Counted from the first letter of the stretch, positions 26,623-42,159 are shown. The stretch is DNA of 64,000 nt from Eledone cirrhosa (GCA_964016885.1 OZ024742.1:242048001-242112000); one strand, 5' to 3'. Program-made: numbers and translations. Notes: generated by a model not told the origin, from the sequence alone.

Positions 26623-28328
26623 GTGGTTGTGGTGGTGGTGGTGGTGTTGGTCGTGGTGGTAGTGGCAGTAGTCTTCGTGCTGATGATTGTGAGGTTGAAT
26701 GTGAATGTAGAGCTGGTGGTTAAAATGATGGTGATGATGGTGGGGTGATGACGTTTATAATGGCTGCAGTAAATGCGAAATGTAGTAGTGATGGAACGAT
26801 GATGATTAAGAGTAGAAAGTAGAAAGAAATACTATAATGATGAATCAATATCAACAGTGGATCGATAGTGTAATGCAATCAAGATAGTAAATTAGATATT
26901 GCCAGATCGATAGTCATGCAAGTTGAATAAAATATGCAATCTTTTAGTGGAAGTAATTAGCCGAATTTGAGTAAATATTGCAGGTTATAGTAATGATACT
27001 GTAAACTCTGTTTGCTGCAACAGAGCAGTAGTACTGCAGATATATTGCATTCTCTCAATATTGTTACTAACTCGACACTCAATCTTTTGTTATTGTGATA
27101 ATTCACTTTCCTGTAATTTAGATTCAACAGAAGAACTATAAATCCTGAACTTAATTTCTTTCGATCAACCTAAAATTTATAAACATATCACAGACTTTAT
27201 CATCTCTAAAATTTAGAAATTCTACGGTACATCCCTTTGAAAAAGTGTATGGAAGTGAAATGCACGTTTATTCATAATTATTATTTTTAATTTGCTTTTG
27301 TTTCAATCCAGTGCATATAGTTTATTGTGTCGCTATGTTAACTTTATATATTTCGATTATTTCTGAGTTTTTGTTGGTTTCTGTCATCTTGCAAAATTTA
27401 AATGATGACTTAAAGTTGACCCGAAATATTTGGACTTGGTGCGCGAGTTATCTATTCACCAAGGCGAGTATATAAATAAAATAAAATACGTTATCATTGA
27501 TTCGGGGCAGTAATTCATTATTCCTTATTACAGTGCATTTATATCATTGTCAATCAAAATCGAATTATATCTGATTAAGAAAACAATTCAACCATACCGA
27601 GACAATTTATTTAAAACAATTATTACAGTCATAAATATCACTAGAAGTTGTATTCGTATTAACATTACTAGTAAGACTTTATTATGGTATTTAACTATAT
27701 GTTGAAATTATATATAACTTCTTCATCAATTTATTACGAGAAGTGTTCATGTAAATAGTCCTCCGCTTCACATAGGAGGATGTGTGATGCAGATAAGAGA
27801 GTCACAACATTAATAAAATTATCATTTTTAAAATGTGAAGAGTACAACATAATATTCTGTTAAGTTGTTTCTTTGAATACTAATATTAAATAAGCCCCCC
27901 CCCCCCACTCCAACACAGTTTTATTTAAGATTCTAAAATGTAATTTAAGACTGATTTTGTTTCTGACTAGGAGAGAGAACAGACATAGATCTGTAGTACA
28001 TGAGACACTATAATTAAGATAAAGCCTAAGATGTTCTTCTAAAAAAAAAGAACAGGTAATAAAAGCAGGTGAACTGAGTCCATACAGCTGCATTACATAC
28101 ATGAACACCAGTTTCCTAGGATTGGTTGAATTGTAAAACAAAGAGTATTTGTGTTATGACAAAGATTTAATTCCACATATCTAAACTTATATGAATTCCA
28201 CAGTATCTAAACTTATCAAATCCATGGTTCTCATCCTGTTTCGTCACACCAAGCAAAACCTTGTAGTTTTCTGTGAATTGCATGGAATAAACGATTAATT
28301 TATACTTTAAGTTACACATAAATAACAA

Positions 28329-28670
28329 TAATTGTTACTACTTTCGGCACAAGGCCAGCAATTACCATATTGCATTACTTGTGCTTTATTTTATCGGCGG
28401 GATTTGAACTCATACCGTAAAGGGCCACAACTCTATACTGCAAAGCATGGCGTCCGACCCTCTACCGATACTGCCAAATCCACCTATAACAATAATTGTT
28501 ACTACTTTAGGCACAAGGCCAGCAATTACCCAGTGCATTACTGGTACTTTATTTTATCGACCCCGTAAGGATGAAAGGCAAAGTTAACCCCGGCGGGATT
28601 TGAACTCAGAATGGCAAGGGCCGTAACTCTATGAGTCAAAGCATGGCGTCCGACCCTCTACCGATACTGC
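28329..28670 (-). mobile_element. Two tandem SINE copies (same family), one internally deleted
   Basis: GCACAAGGCCAGCAATTACC and GCATGGCGTCCGACCCTCTACCGATACTGCC each occur twice. Confidence 0.8.
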
Positions 28671-29114
28671 CTCACCGAAAATAATAATGCTTAATTAGCT
28701 ATATCTGTTAGTATATGAACGTATATAAGGGTCGAGAAGGAGAAGGAGAGAAAGAGAACAACAATTTAAGACAAAGTACTGAAAGCTTTAATGCATTAAT
28801 TCACAATGGATACATTTCTTCATACAAAAAACAATGACGTGAAACTTCAGGTTTTCGTCTAAGTAGAATTTTTTTTAGAGATTCTGAAAAAAATTGTGTT
28901 AAAGGAAACGAGACTTTTACTTGTTTGTAATTTTGTTTGATCTTTAGAATATATACATATATGAACATATATGAACATATATATATATTAAATATATATA
29001 TATATATGTATTTATATCTAATATATATATGTATATATTTATATATATATGTATATATATATATGTATATATATATATCTAATATATATATGTATATATC
29101 TATATATATATATG

Positions 29115-29149
<35 letters not shown>

Positions 29150-30409
29150 TATATATATGTATATAATATATATATAATATACTATATATAATATATATAT
29201 AATATATATAATATATATATATATTATATATATATGTGTGTATGTGTGTGTGTACGTGTGTGTGCGTGTGTGTGTGTGTGTGTGTATGTGTGTCTGTATA
29301 TACACATATATATATGTATCTATTTGGCTATCTCTATGTCATGAATGTCGGCGTCAGAAACAAATTGTCTTAATGGTGTATAAGGTAGTCTTCCACACAA
29401 ACATATACATGTGTACACAAACGTACAAACAACGAGTGCATGCACACACCGACACTCACAAATGCCTGCGTGTATAACTAGTATTGTTTAGAGTATCTTT
29501 TGAGCATTACTCTCTGCTCTGATGCGTCAGTACTATAGGAAATATTTCTTGTAATATTTTTCTTAATATAAGCATGAGTATTGTAAGATAAACCAAGAAC
29601 CTTTAGCAAGAAGTAACTGTAGAATCGTAAGGTGTATGTTTATCTATGTTGTTTGTTTAGTTTACACTGTTCTCTGGTTTTGTATTGCATTTTGCTAAAG
29701 ACTACATCTGGGATTACTTACACTTGTTTTTGCTGATGGAAAGTGGAGGTTATTTTGTGAAAACCATCTGCTTCGAAAAGGACCTCACACTAGTGTAAGA
29801 TAAAATCTACTTAGAATAGTTCTTCCTGGAAAGAAGGATGTTACCCTATTTGTTGATATATTGTGAATAAAATTCGTATATTCGTTTATTATAAAGACAC
29901 TAAACGAACATGAAAATGGAATAACAGATGGGAATTAACAAAACGTTACTATTCGGACGAAATTGAAACATTTTATCTAGAGATATCATAGAAGATTGAG
30001 GCAAACTGAATATCTAGCAATATCATTGGACATTGAATTAATATTATTACTACAACAGATGCAATGAATAATGTGCCGAGTATTTAGAAAAAACTGAGTA
30101 TTTAGAAACTACTGATAGAAATAACTGAAAGGCGATATCTGCAGGACAAATTATTAGATAAGTTAGTGTCAACATATTTAGTGCATAGCCTATGCATTAA
30201 TAATTAGCTCATGATATAACCGAAAAATGTCGCAATAATTAGAAACATATTAGGTAAGTCGTAACTTCATTTCGCATCACATGATTGATTTTCGTCGGGT
30301 TTTCAAAATCTTGAATGAAAATATGTTAGGTAATTTATCTATGAAAGATATGAATTTAATTAAACAAGGCGTATATATTTATCAAAATATTCTTGAGGCC
30401 ATAAGTATT

Positions 30410-30487
<78 letters not shown>

Positions 30488-31131
30488 TATATTGAATGTC
30501 TTAATGAAACATACTTCCATAAAATGTATAAGTTTAAAATCAACTGTTACACTACGTAATCACTGGATTAAACACCCCACTGTCTTATAGGAAGAGGTAC
30601 AAGTAAGACAAAGAAGTCCCTAACATGTAAACACTTCATAAAAACACTTTCTCAAAGAAATATTTTATTTTCAGTTAAAGAAATTGGATTTAGCTCCAAT
30701 TAATAAAGAAATAATCCAATTTCTACTCACGTAGAGCTTATGAACATTCAGTAAAATATTTACTTATACAAGCTAAGTATAACTTTCTTCCTAAAGTTCT
30801 GACCTCCTCTACATGTCATAAGTGGTTGCAGCTGTGCATCTGCTGCAACAAGAAATAATTAGTAATTCTGTGACATAAAAATGAATTATTATAATCAAGA
30901 TTTGGTGGTGATAGTCAAGTATATACAGTGTTACTTATAGGAATATTCTTTCGTTCCTTGGTTCTTTCTGCATTTGTATTTACTTTCAATTCAACTCCCC
31001 ATATCCCAGTCTCCGTTTATTCTTTAGTTAAGCAGACACTGTCAGAATGACAGTTCTTATCTGTTTCCAAGTATATATACGAATACATGTACATATCTAT
31101 CCATCTATCTATCTATCTATCTATCTATCAA

Positions 31132-31194
<63 letters not shown>

Positions 31195-31331
31195 ATTGTA
31201 CGGAAATAAAGATAGAATTTCCTTTTAAATTTTAACTAATACAGACCTTTAAGAATTTCAACCTGCACGATTTTCACAAGTAAGTTCTTAAATTTCTCAG
31301 ATAATTAACTATGCATCATAAATATAGTTAT

Positions 31332-31512
31332 AATTGTTTCTACTTTTGGCACAAGGCCAGCAATTACCCAGTGCATTACTGGTACTTTATTTTATCGACC
31401 CCGTAAGGATGAAAGGCAAAGTTAACCTCGGCGGGATTTGAACTCAGAATGGCAAGGGCCATAACTTTATACCTCAAAGCATGGCGTCCGACCCTCTACC
31501 GATACTGCCAAT
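31332..31512 (-). mobile_element. tRNA-derived SINE (same family)
   Basis: Full A box, B box and core. Confidence 0.8.
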
Positions 31513-31821
31513 ACACCGCCCTATATATAGTTATAATGTTGTTTAGTCATACCCTTACAATATCATATTTCTTTCTTTCTTATTTGCCTCCCTCTAGTGA
31601 AAATAATATTTGTTCCTTTCTTACACTTGTCTATTCTTCTATTTCTTCTTGTATCCTTTACTCTATTTTCTGCTGACGGACTAAAGACCAAAAGGTTATG
31701 ATATTTTTTCTACTATATCAAGCCTTAAAATAATATATAACTTCAAGTACTGTGTTGTTTTTCCTCGCCATACATACATATATCTTCCTCGCTTATATAC
31801 ATACATGCATGCATGCATATA

Positions 31822-31913
<92 letters not shown>

Positions 31914-32068
31914 CGTGTGTGGGTGTGTGTGTATGTGTGTGTGTATATGTGTGTGTGTGTAAATATATATATATATATATATATTAAGATAAGCAGAACA
32001 AGTAAAATTCAATCAATTTTTCAAAATACATTAAAAAATATAATATAAATATTTACCTCTTCTAGTGG

Positions 32069-32147
32069 CCCTTACTGATCAGTTTCGCTTTGTAAAACCT
32101 CATAAATCCGATGGATTTATGATGGAAAACCAAAGCTCATCAGAGAA
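32069..32147 (-). ncRNA. Canonical type I hammerhead with extended stem II
   Basis: Minus strand: TTCT-CTGATGA-GCTTTG...TCATAAATCCatcGGATTTATGA...CAAAGC-GAAA-CTGATCAG-TA-AGGG, GUA triplet. Confidence 0.8.
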
Positions 32148-32526
32148 GCATTTTCCCTTCCTAGGGCTAAACGTCCCAGGAACGACAAAATATACAACCT
32201 CCTGCCAGCTAATAAAGGTCTGAAATGTATATATGTATATATATGTACTCACACATACACTCACACACACACAAACATGCATACACACGCACGAACTCAC
32301 AAGCATATATATAAATAGATATATATGGTAGGTTTGTGTATAACTATAATTATATATCTGATGATATGTCAATACAGATCCGGGCCCTGATTATTATGAT
32401 CGTACCCCGAGCTGATCGATATAGAAATAACTGTCATATGCTAATAAAATAACATGCCTCTGGTTGTATTATTCATTTTGTCACTATTACCTAACTTCTC
32501 TGAGGAGGAATGTATTAATTACACTT

Positions 32527-32691
32527 GGATTGGCAGTATCGGTAGAGGGTCGGACGCCATGATTTGACGCATAGAGTTACGGCCCTTGCCATTCTGAGTT
32601 CAAATCCGGCCGAGGTTAACTTTGCCTTTCATCCTTACGGGGTAATTGCACTGGGTAATTGCTGGCCTTGTGCCAAAAAGTAGAAACTATT
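32527..32691 (+). mobile_element. tRNA-derived SINE (same family)
   Basis: TGGCAGTATCGG, GAGTTCAAATCC, core with an internal deletion. Confidence 0.8.
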
Positions 32692-32783
32692 AATTACTCT
32701 TTCATCGATTGCTTTGTGACAGTCTTTCATAACTGGATGCGAATCTCCTACATGCAGATGCAACTTCGATTATACTCAGTACT

Positions 32784-32830
<47 letters not shown>

Positions 32831-33501
32831 GCTCAGGTATAATATGTTGTTTTTAAGTTCTGATTGCTTTTGTACCTGTCACATTATATAATTATTTTGT
32901 TTTCTGTCATATTCTTCTATAAGTGAGCACTGGAACGGTTTTTTTCTGAATCTTAATTCAGTTATTCAATTGGTCAGTTATTCAACTGGTCTCCTTCTGG
33001 TCAAATTATATTTAGTGGCACTAGTTCATAGTTTATTTTAACTTTGGTAGTTGTGGGTTTTTTTTCTTTGAAATTTGAAACAGCTGCATAGGTTTAAGTT
33101 ATGTAAGGTATTATGAATAATGTAAGCAGTATTTTTTAATATTATGATTGCTTTTGTACCTGTCATAACTGTTACATTATATTATTATATTATAATTAAC
33201 TTATTTTCTGAAATGAAACATTAATGCACAAGTGAGCTCTGGATTGTTTTGTTTTTTGTTGTTATTTTTGTCGAAACTTTGAGCTTTTACAGATCAACGA
33301 AATGGAGATATTTTATATATATATATACACACACATATACACACATATGTATATATATATATATCACACACACGTATATATATATACATATATATATGCA
33401 CATATATTTACACATATACACACACACACACATATATAAAAACGTATATATATACATATATATATATATACATATATGTATATATATATGTATATAAATT
33501 T

Positions 33502-33583
<82 letters not shown>

Positions 33584-33862
33584 GCATATATATATAATAG
33601 AACAGGCATAGCGTCGGCCGTTTCCCCACACTCTTTTAAGTCGTATTATTAACATTCGAACTCAGCTGGCTATATTGCATACTTTCGTTAAATAGCGAGA
33701 AAAAACGGCTTCGTGTAGATAACGATACATACATGCATATGATGATGGCTGCCCCCTCGTTATCGAGTATGGCCATTGCACGAGAAGAAAAAAAAAAAAA
33801 ATAATAATAACTGTATTCAGCATTCTTTCTGTTCTCTGATAAAGCAACTATATATGTATGCC

Positions 33863-33900
<38 letters not shown>

Positions 33901-33955
33901 AAAGATGAATATAAAATGAAAGTGTTTTTTTTTTAAAAAAGGAATTTATTAGGTA

Positions 33956-34889
33956 CTAGCAGTAAAGCCCGGCGTTGCTCGGGGTCGCTCAGTAGCTGTG
34001 TTAAAGTTACAATGTTAAGTTTCTTTCTTGGCTTAAAAACTGTAGTGTCTACTGTGCAGACTTGCATGTGGTGTTTTTTATTAATATTCACTCAACCAAC
34101 AATATGTGTTATGAAGTTAAGAAAACATAACGATAACCCGAATGTTATAACAAAAGAGGATGCTGGGGATAGAAACTGCACTGGTTATTTCTTAACAAAG
34201 ATCGAAAATGTAAACACTGCAACGCAGAGAAAAACATTAGCGTAACCAAATTATCAGTTATGTCTGTCTGCACGCCTATATCACCTCTCTGCACGACTGT
34301 CTGTCTGCACGCCTATATCACCTCTCTGCACGACTGTCTGTCTGCACGCCTATATCACCTCTCTGCACGACTGTCTGTCTGCACGCCTATATCACCTCTC
34401 TGCACGACTGTTTGTCTGCACGCGTATATCACCTCTCTGCACGACTATCTGTCTGCACGCCTAACGACGAAATATTTGCTTGTTTTACGTAGTCTTTAAA
34501 TAGACTTGTTTTCAAGTAAAAATATTGTTTTAAAATGCTTTTAAATGGAAATGAAGCAAAACGGAAGCTTAGTGTTCGAACTGATGAATTTTGTAGGTCA
34601 ATATTTTGCTGGCTCGACAACTGTTCGTGTATTGTAATTTTTTACGTAAGACGCTCAATGTAAACAGAACAAAGGGAAATTACTGATAACTTAGGCTCAA
34701 AAATCGATACATTATATTCGATTTCGTCACATAGGGTGGGTCAATTTGAAATTATTTTTTTCCGATGTCTTCGCTAGGGCTCAATGTACAAGTATAGCAA
34801 TTTCGGTGCAATTCCGTGAGAGATTCTAAGAGGAGATGTGTGCCAAAAATCGATAGACAGACAGACAACCACAGTTTTATATATATAGA
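33956..34889 (-). mobile_element. Non-autonomous Helitron
   Basis: Minus strand starts A|TCTATATATATAAAACTG and ends CCCGAGCAACGCCGGG hairpin + CTAG|T. No TSD. Confidence 0.85.
34261..34462. repeat. 37-bp minisatellite, ~5.5 copies, inside the Helitron
   Basis: Unit TGTCTGTCTGCACGCCTATATCACCTCTCTGCACGAC. Confidence 0.95.
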
Positions 34890-34931
34890 TTGACAGACGG
34901 AATACCTATGTATCGCTTTATTGATAACCTG

Positions 34932-34995
<64 letters not shown>

Positions 34996-35000
<5 letters not shown>

Positions 35001-35187
35001 AGTAAGTAAGACCCCGACGGCTGAGCTCAAGCCGTTTCGACGGCTAATTCTGTACAGAATTAGCCGTCGAAACGGCTTGAGCTCAGCCGTCGGGGTCTTA
35101 CTTACTCCTATTACCCACTCTACTACCCTAAGTATTGAGTACTTTGGTGCGTTATGGTCCACCTGGTTCCTTACCACTTTCCCCTCG

Positions 35188-35188
<1 letters not shown>
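34996..35188 (+). mobile_element. Hairpin-plus-tail element, copy 3
   Basis: Perfect 116-bp palindrome 34996-35111 plus 77-bp tail, in (TA)n. Confidence 0.88.
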
Positions 35189-35228
<40 letters not shown>

Positions 35229-35249
35229 GAAAGAATGCTGAATACATGC

Positions 35250-35312
<63 letters not shown>

Positions 35313-35316
35313 CATA

Positions 35317-35410
<94 letters not shown>

Positions 35411-35726
35411 CATATATAGTTGCTTTAGTAGAGAACAGAAAGAATGCTGAATACAGTTTGGAGTTATTTTTACAAAGTTACCAATCACCTGATTTATTGT
35501 ATCACGCGAGAAACTCTGAGTGGTGACCTTGTGAATCACCAAATCAACTCTAGACCATGTGGCCGTGTGTATATATGCCTTTGTGTGTGTATGTGTATAT
35601 GTGCGAGAATTTACATAATTTAATTCCTCTCCCTGCCATCTACTCCTCCCACTTCCTGAAGGCACTTGACTGAGCAGACCTACAATCTTTAATTTTTTTA
35701 ACCCCCTGCCCTACTTCTAAATATAT

Positions 35727-35903
35727 AATTGTTTCTATTTTTGGCACAAGGCCAGCAATAATCAGTACATTACTGGTACTTTATTTTATCGACCCCATAA
35801 GGATGAAAGGCAAAGTTAACCTCGACGAGATTTGAACTCAGAACGTAAAGGGACGTAACTATGCTGGAAAGCATGGTGTCCGATCTTCTACCGATACTGC
35901 CAA
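35727..35903 (-). mobile_element. tRNA-derived SINE (same family)
   Basis: Same motifs on the minus strand. Confidence 0.8.
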
Positions 35904-36235
35904 TTCAAATATATAATCTTCCTATTTGATACCCATTTCTTGTTCTATCTCTTTCTCCCGCCTTTTCCCTCAGTCCCCTTATCCTCTTTTCCCCTCTCTC
36001 CTTATTTATCTGTCTGTTTTTCTCTCTCTCACTCCCTCTCTTCATGTACATACACACAAACACACTCACATACTCACATATTATGTATGTATATTTTATG
36101 ATATACGTGTATATTTCTCGCTGTCTATTTATCTGTCTCACTCTCTCCTTTTTTCTCTTCATCTATACAAATAGAGACATACTCACACATATATGTATGT
36201 ATGTGTGTTATGCATATACGTATGTATGTATGTGG

Positions 36236-36327
<92 letters not shown>

Positions 36328-38369
36328 GTGTATGTATGTATATATGTGTGTATGTATCTAACTATCTATCTATCTCTCTCTCTATATATATATATATGTA
36401 TGTATGTATATGTGTATTTATGTTTGTGTATGTGTGTGTGTGTATGTGTGTATGTGTGTATATGTATATATGTATGTATGTGTGTGTGTATCTATATATA
36501 TATGTATGCATTTATTTATGTATGTATTTATGTGTATTATATGATACGCATGTATATTTCTCGATCTCTTTCTCTCTCATTAATCACTCAATTAATTGTA
36601 GATAGTTCCGTATTCTCCACTTGATATAAGAGTCTAACTTGGTATTTTATTTATTTATTCATATATTTATTTGGCTAGCAGTGATACGCTCAAGAATTTC
36701 CTTTTTGAGCCAAGATAAAAGAAATACAACCGACTAAACGGCCACATGAACTCTATGACTATTTTCATTTAATGTTCTAAGATATTAACAGACCATTCTT
36801 GTTTATTTATATATTTGTTTATTTAATTTGGCTTTATTTTAATTATCAAGTTCTTGTTCTTACACCCGACACGTTTGTTTGACCTTAAACACTATGTCAC
36901 TTAACATGCTCTTTCCTTGCTCCTTCCTTGATAGTTATTCGTGAATATTGTATTGGCTGAGTGATAGTGACTCACCAGTTAATGACGTCATCGCTTTCTT
37001 TTTGTGTGTGTTTGGGATATTAGTGCTGTTAAGTGTCTTTGCTAATGAGGTACCGTAAAAGATGTGATTCACAGGTTTTGACATTTTGGCTTTCTCCTTT
37101 TTACAACAACTTTCAAATCCAGCTAATACCTCTTTGTCAAGTGGCTTTTCAACCAATGGATGGAACAACAATTGGTGTAATAGTTGTGATGGTAGAGACT
37201 TTTATCATCTTCTATAAATTCTTTTATAAAATCTTGTAGTCAAGTAAAAGGAAGAGGGAATATCTGCTTAAAATATGAAAACGTTTAGAAGACACATATA
37301 TGTGTCGCCATTGAACATCTGAAGTAAACTGTCTTATATGTAATCCCTTTGTTTTTAATAGTAGGAATGAGAGGACATACATATTGATAGACGGACTACG
37401 TTAAAGTAAAGATATCGAAAACGTTATCGAAACTCTGTTTATTCTGTATTCACATATTGTTAATTCACTCACTCACTCTCTCTCTTCCCTCCCCCCTCTC
37501 TCTATCTATCTCTGTATATATATATTAAAAGTAAAGTACTTTGACTCTTTAAGATATTTTCTTTGCATTTCCCATAAACTACACATTTTCTCTTTCCGTC
37601 TTTGGCACTTTATCAACATAGCCATATCAACATATTAATTATTTTATTATGATTGTTTCGTGATTTCTTTGAAATCAACCGGCAACTGCAAATTTCAAAA
37701 GACCAACTAGTGTCTGAAAGCAATCTATTAACAAAAAAGGTTCCTAAAATTAATTTAGTAACAGCCAATCATGGAATTAGCAGCATATAAAATATTTAGG
37801 AAGGTAAAAAATGAAACCTAGAATTGATTAAAATTTAGTAGTTTTATTACAAGATGATATTAAAAAAATATAATGGAAGTTGCAGAATGGTTATATTTCT
37901 TACAACAAAGTAATGAAAAAGAGAAAAATATAAAGTGAAGTTAAAATGAAATTTTGAAAACTTGAACCGAAACTGATAATCTCAATAACCGGATATTATT
38001 ATGTTGTGAAAAGATTTGTTTTACTCATTTGTAGTAATGTTTTCTATAAAATTGTCATCAGAACTTTTCATTCATCCATTATAGGAGTAAATATTGTCAT
38101 TGTTTTCCAGTTTCACTAGTATTTTTATAATGTGCTATTTCTTAAAATATGATATTAAGATGTCAACATCAGTTTGATATGAATGTTTAGTATTTCTAAC
38201 TTGAATATTGTTTATTATAGTGTGTTATTCTGGTAAAACATGGTGGTATTAAGGTTGTGTATAAAATACACATAACTGTATAAATACAACTGTCTATATG
38301 TTTTTATTTCAATAGTGCTCTACCAATGTTAGAAACTATTTTTGTCACTATTATATTTGGTCGGCTATT

Positions 38370-38492
38370 TACGGTCTGAATTCAAATCCTGCTGTGGTTA
38401 GCTTTACCTTTCATCCTTACGAGGTCGATAAAATAAAGTACCAGTAATGCACCGGTATATTTGCTGGCCTTGTGCCAAAAGTAGAAACAATT
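38370..38492 (+). mobile_element. tRNA-derived SINE (same family), partial
   Basis: TTCAAATCC...TTTCATCCTTACGAGGTCGATAAAATAAAGTACCAGT. Confidence 0.75.
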
Positions 38493-39730
38493 ATTAAAAG
38501 TAGAAACAAGTATATTTGGTATCTTCTATTAGAGTCATTATACACAACAATCTTTAATGTCGCTTTATGAATTGCGGTTAACCTAACCTTCAATATTTTG
38601 GTGTAGATAAAACTGCTAATATATCCCTCTTTCATTGGTATTACTAATGTTTATTTCGTGTGCGCTTTTCCAACTGATATTTTACCCAACACAGCAGTAT
38701 GAATTAATAACGAATTCGTAAATTGGGTGTTCGACCTGCTACAAATTGCGGTAGAATTTTCTGGTCATACAAGCTGTTTTCGTAATGGTAAGGACACACT
38801 AGATAATGTAGTCTTAGAAACCTATAAAATGATAGGATGGTCTAGCTAGTACGATTCTGATCACACGTCTACTGAATAAGGGTTGACCTAAGGCTAATCA
38901 ATAGGAACAATAATATACAACACTGTAAAATAGTATTTATACTAAAACGTTAAGACAGCAGAGACAGATTTTTAAATCTCAAGCATAGCTGATAAAATTA
39001 ACGAACAATTAAACGAACTTGCATCTGTTTCATTGCTATAATAGTATCATAATGTGCTACGACTTTTCATGGGGAAAACAAAACCAACTATTGATTTTTC
39101 GTCAAATCTATTACAGCGTATGTTAACACTAAGCGTAGATACACTTTTACGTTACCCATTGAGCTCTCAGGCGCTTACTGATTGTTTCGTTTACGCTGTC
39201 ACTTTCTATTCATCTACTTCTTTACATGTTCGTTTCTTTTTGTGTACAAGTCTAATATACTTTACTTACTTATTCACAGTTACACACACCTACGCATACA
39301 CATCTACACAAAACAGACAGGTGTACAAGCAAACACACCTATTTCCGAACACACATAGTCAGACATATTTATACAGCAAGATGGATCGGTATGGAAACAT
39401 AGAACACAAACATGCACACGTACAAAAAAAAAAATCAAACAAAAACACTGATCAAAGTAAATATATTTGTTGGTATTCCTCGTAAACGTTTGAGCGAAAT
39501 GTGTTACCATATCTTTTAGAATACTTAGTACTTAAAGATAATCTCATTCATTTTAGATCACTCTTTCTAACATACCATTACTATCCCTACCACATTTATT
39601 CTGTTTTGCAGTCTATTTCCTCTCTCAAATCTTTTCTGCATTTCATGCCTATCCAATTAACACACACACACACACACATATGCGCGCGCGCGCACACACA
39701 CAAGTACGTATACTTTAGTACACCTCATCC

Positions 39731-39764
<34 letters not shown>

Positions 39765-39767
39765 TTA

Positions 39768-39813
<46 letters not shown>

Positions 39814-40278
39814 GGTATATCTTTCTATATTATATATAGATAGATATATATACATATACACATATAAATAAGCAGGTGTGTATTACATACAAACAGAAAT
39901 AACTCAATAAAAACTAATATTTCATTTTAAACCTTCCAACAAAATAACTTAATTATATGCATTTGGTCATTCGTCAATATTTACATAGAAAACAGTATTT
40001 TCTGTTTGATATATATATTTATGCAAAAGACTTATCTGAAAATTACAGATAGATGTTTTAAATTCATTATTGAACAAATAAGTCTGTTTTTTTCTCTTGG
40101 TTGATCTATCTGTATACATATCTTTATAAATGTGTATATATATAAACATACACAGGCGCACACGCAGACACACACACACATACACACGTATATATATATA
40201 TATATAATAACACAATATAATATATATATATATGTATATGTTTATGTATGTATATATACATATATATACATATATGTG

Positions 40279-40353
<75 letters not shown>

Positions 40354-40355
40354 AT

Positions 40356-40403
<48 letters not shown>

Positions 40404-40504
40404 ATATGATTATATATACATGTATGTATATATATATACAGTATATATATAAATACACGCACACACATATATGTATATATATATATACACACACACGTAC
40501 ACAT

Positions 40505-40548
<44 letters not shown>

Positions 40549-41167
40549 TATACATATACGCACACTCTTTTATATTATAATGCTATTTATTGGGAATATC
40601 CTATTCATAAAGCTTCGTCTTTTAGAGACACCTTTTTCCTTTTAAAAATTCCTTTTAACTCTTTGCAATGGTATTTTTACTTCCGCAAATTTCTTTTATT
40701 AGAACTCCATTTTATCATTAAATTGAAGACTTGCAATTCTTCATACGTGTATATTTGTTTTGTCTATGAGATTTTTCATCAACAATATACTTATCTCTCC
40801 TCTTCTTCTACATTTTCATAGTCATCGTTTTCATCTTCATTTGAAATATATCGTTGTTACAATTTTTTTTTATTTTTGTTATTCGTTGTTATTCGTTGTT
40901 GATAGTTTAGTTGTTGAAAATCTCTTCAGAAGATACGTTTGAAAATTGTTCCTTAAAAGACATTCTTCCATTTCCAATAATAATTTGATGTGATAACGCT
41001 CCTTATGATGATACCCGCTCGAGTTTCACTGGGACACAGTGTAATGGAACTATGCTAAGTGGGATACTTTGACTAATTTAAAAGACAACATTAATCATAA
41101 ATACCTCTCAACGTACTCCAGGAAAACATTTCGCTTTCTTTGTTGTTCATTTATATTTTAAAATATG

Positions 41168-41217
<50 letters not shown>

Positions 41218-41361
41218 AAACAAATATTATTGTTGTTGTTATTATTATTATTGTCCCCTACATGTCGGCCCTTGTGGTTAATAAATGAAATCATTATTAT
41301 TATTATTAGTAGTAGTAGTAGTAGTAGTAGTAGTAATAGTAGTAGTAATAGTAGTAGTAGC

Positions 41362-41402
<41 letters not shown>

Positions 41403-41435
41403 CAGCAGCAGCAGCAGCAGCAACAGTAGTAGTAT

Positions 41436-41472
<37 letters not shown>

Positions 41473-42159
41473 TGTTGTTGTTGTTGTTGTTGTAGTGGTA
41501 GTAGTAGTGGTAGTAGTATTTATAATTAACAACATCCTGTTTTAGCGTTAGAATTTAGAAAGTGTTTCGAAATTCTTGATATTTGCAAATAGCTTTTTAC
41601 ACGGGAGATACATTGTGATTATAAGCTAAAATTGTTGCAATTTAAATTGTGTAAAAGAAACTTTTCCATTAATGTCTATTAAGACAATTAATAATAGATA
41701 GCTTTATTCTAGCAAATTACCTGATTAGTAATATTTCAAGTTGGAAAATATCTGTGTAAAATCAATCATGTAAGTAAGATATTAATAGAAAGACGTGAAG
41801 AGAGAATTATTTCATTGCTTATTTGGTGAAAGCTTTTTGTTCAAAGATAATAATGGGGTTTGATAAAAAGCAAATGTTTACATAGCAAAGAGGGAAGTCG
41901 AAATTTCAAAGGACAGCAAAGTATACGTGAATTATTCAGGCAATACTTGTTTTTCTTTTTAAATTGAAATATATGATGTTCTCAACCACCTTCTCTTCCT
42001 CCTCTGCAATTTTCATCGTCATCATCATCATCATCATCATCAGAATCAGCGTCATCATCATCATCGTCATCATCATCATCTTCATCAACATCAACATCAT
42101 CATCATCATCATCATCATATTTCATCACCACCATCATCATAGTCATCATCATTGCCATA

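Noticed and set aside
34261-34462. 37-bp repeats of CRISPR-repeat length
   Set aside because: Head-to-tail with no spacers, and inside a Helitron.
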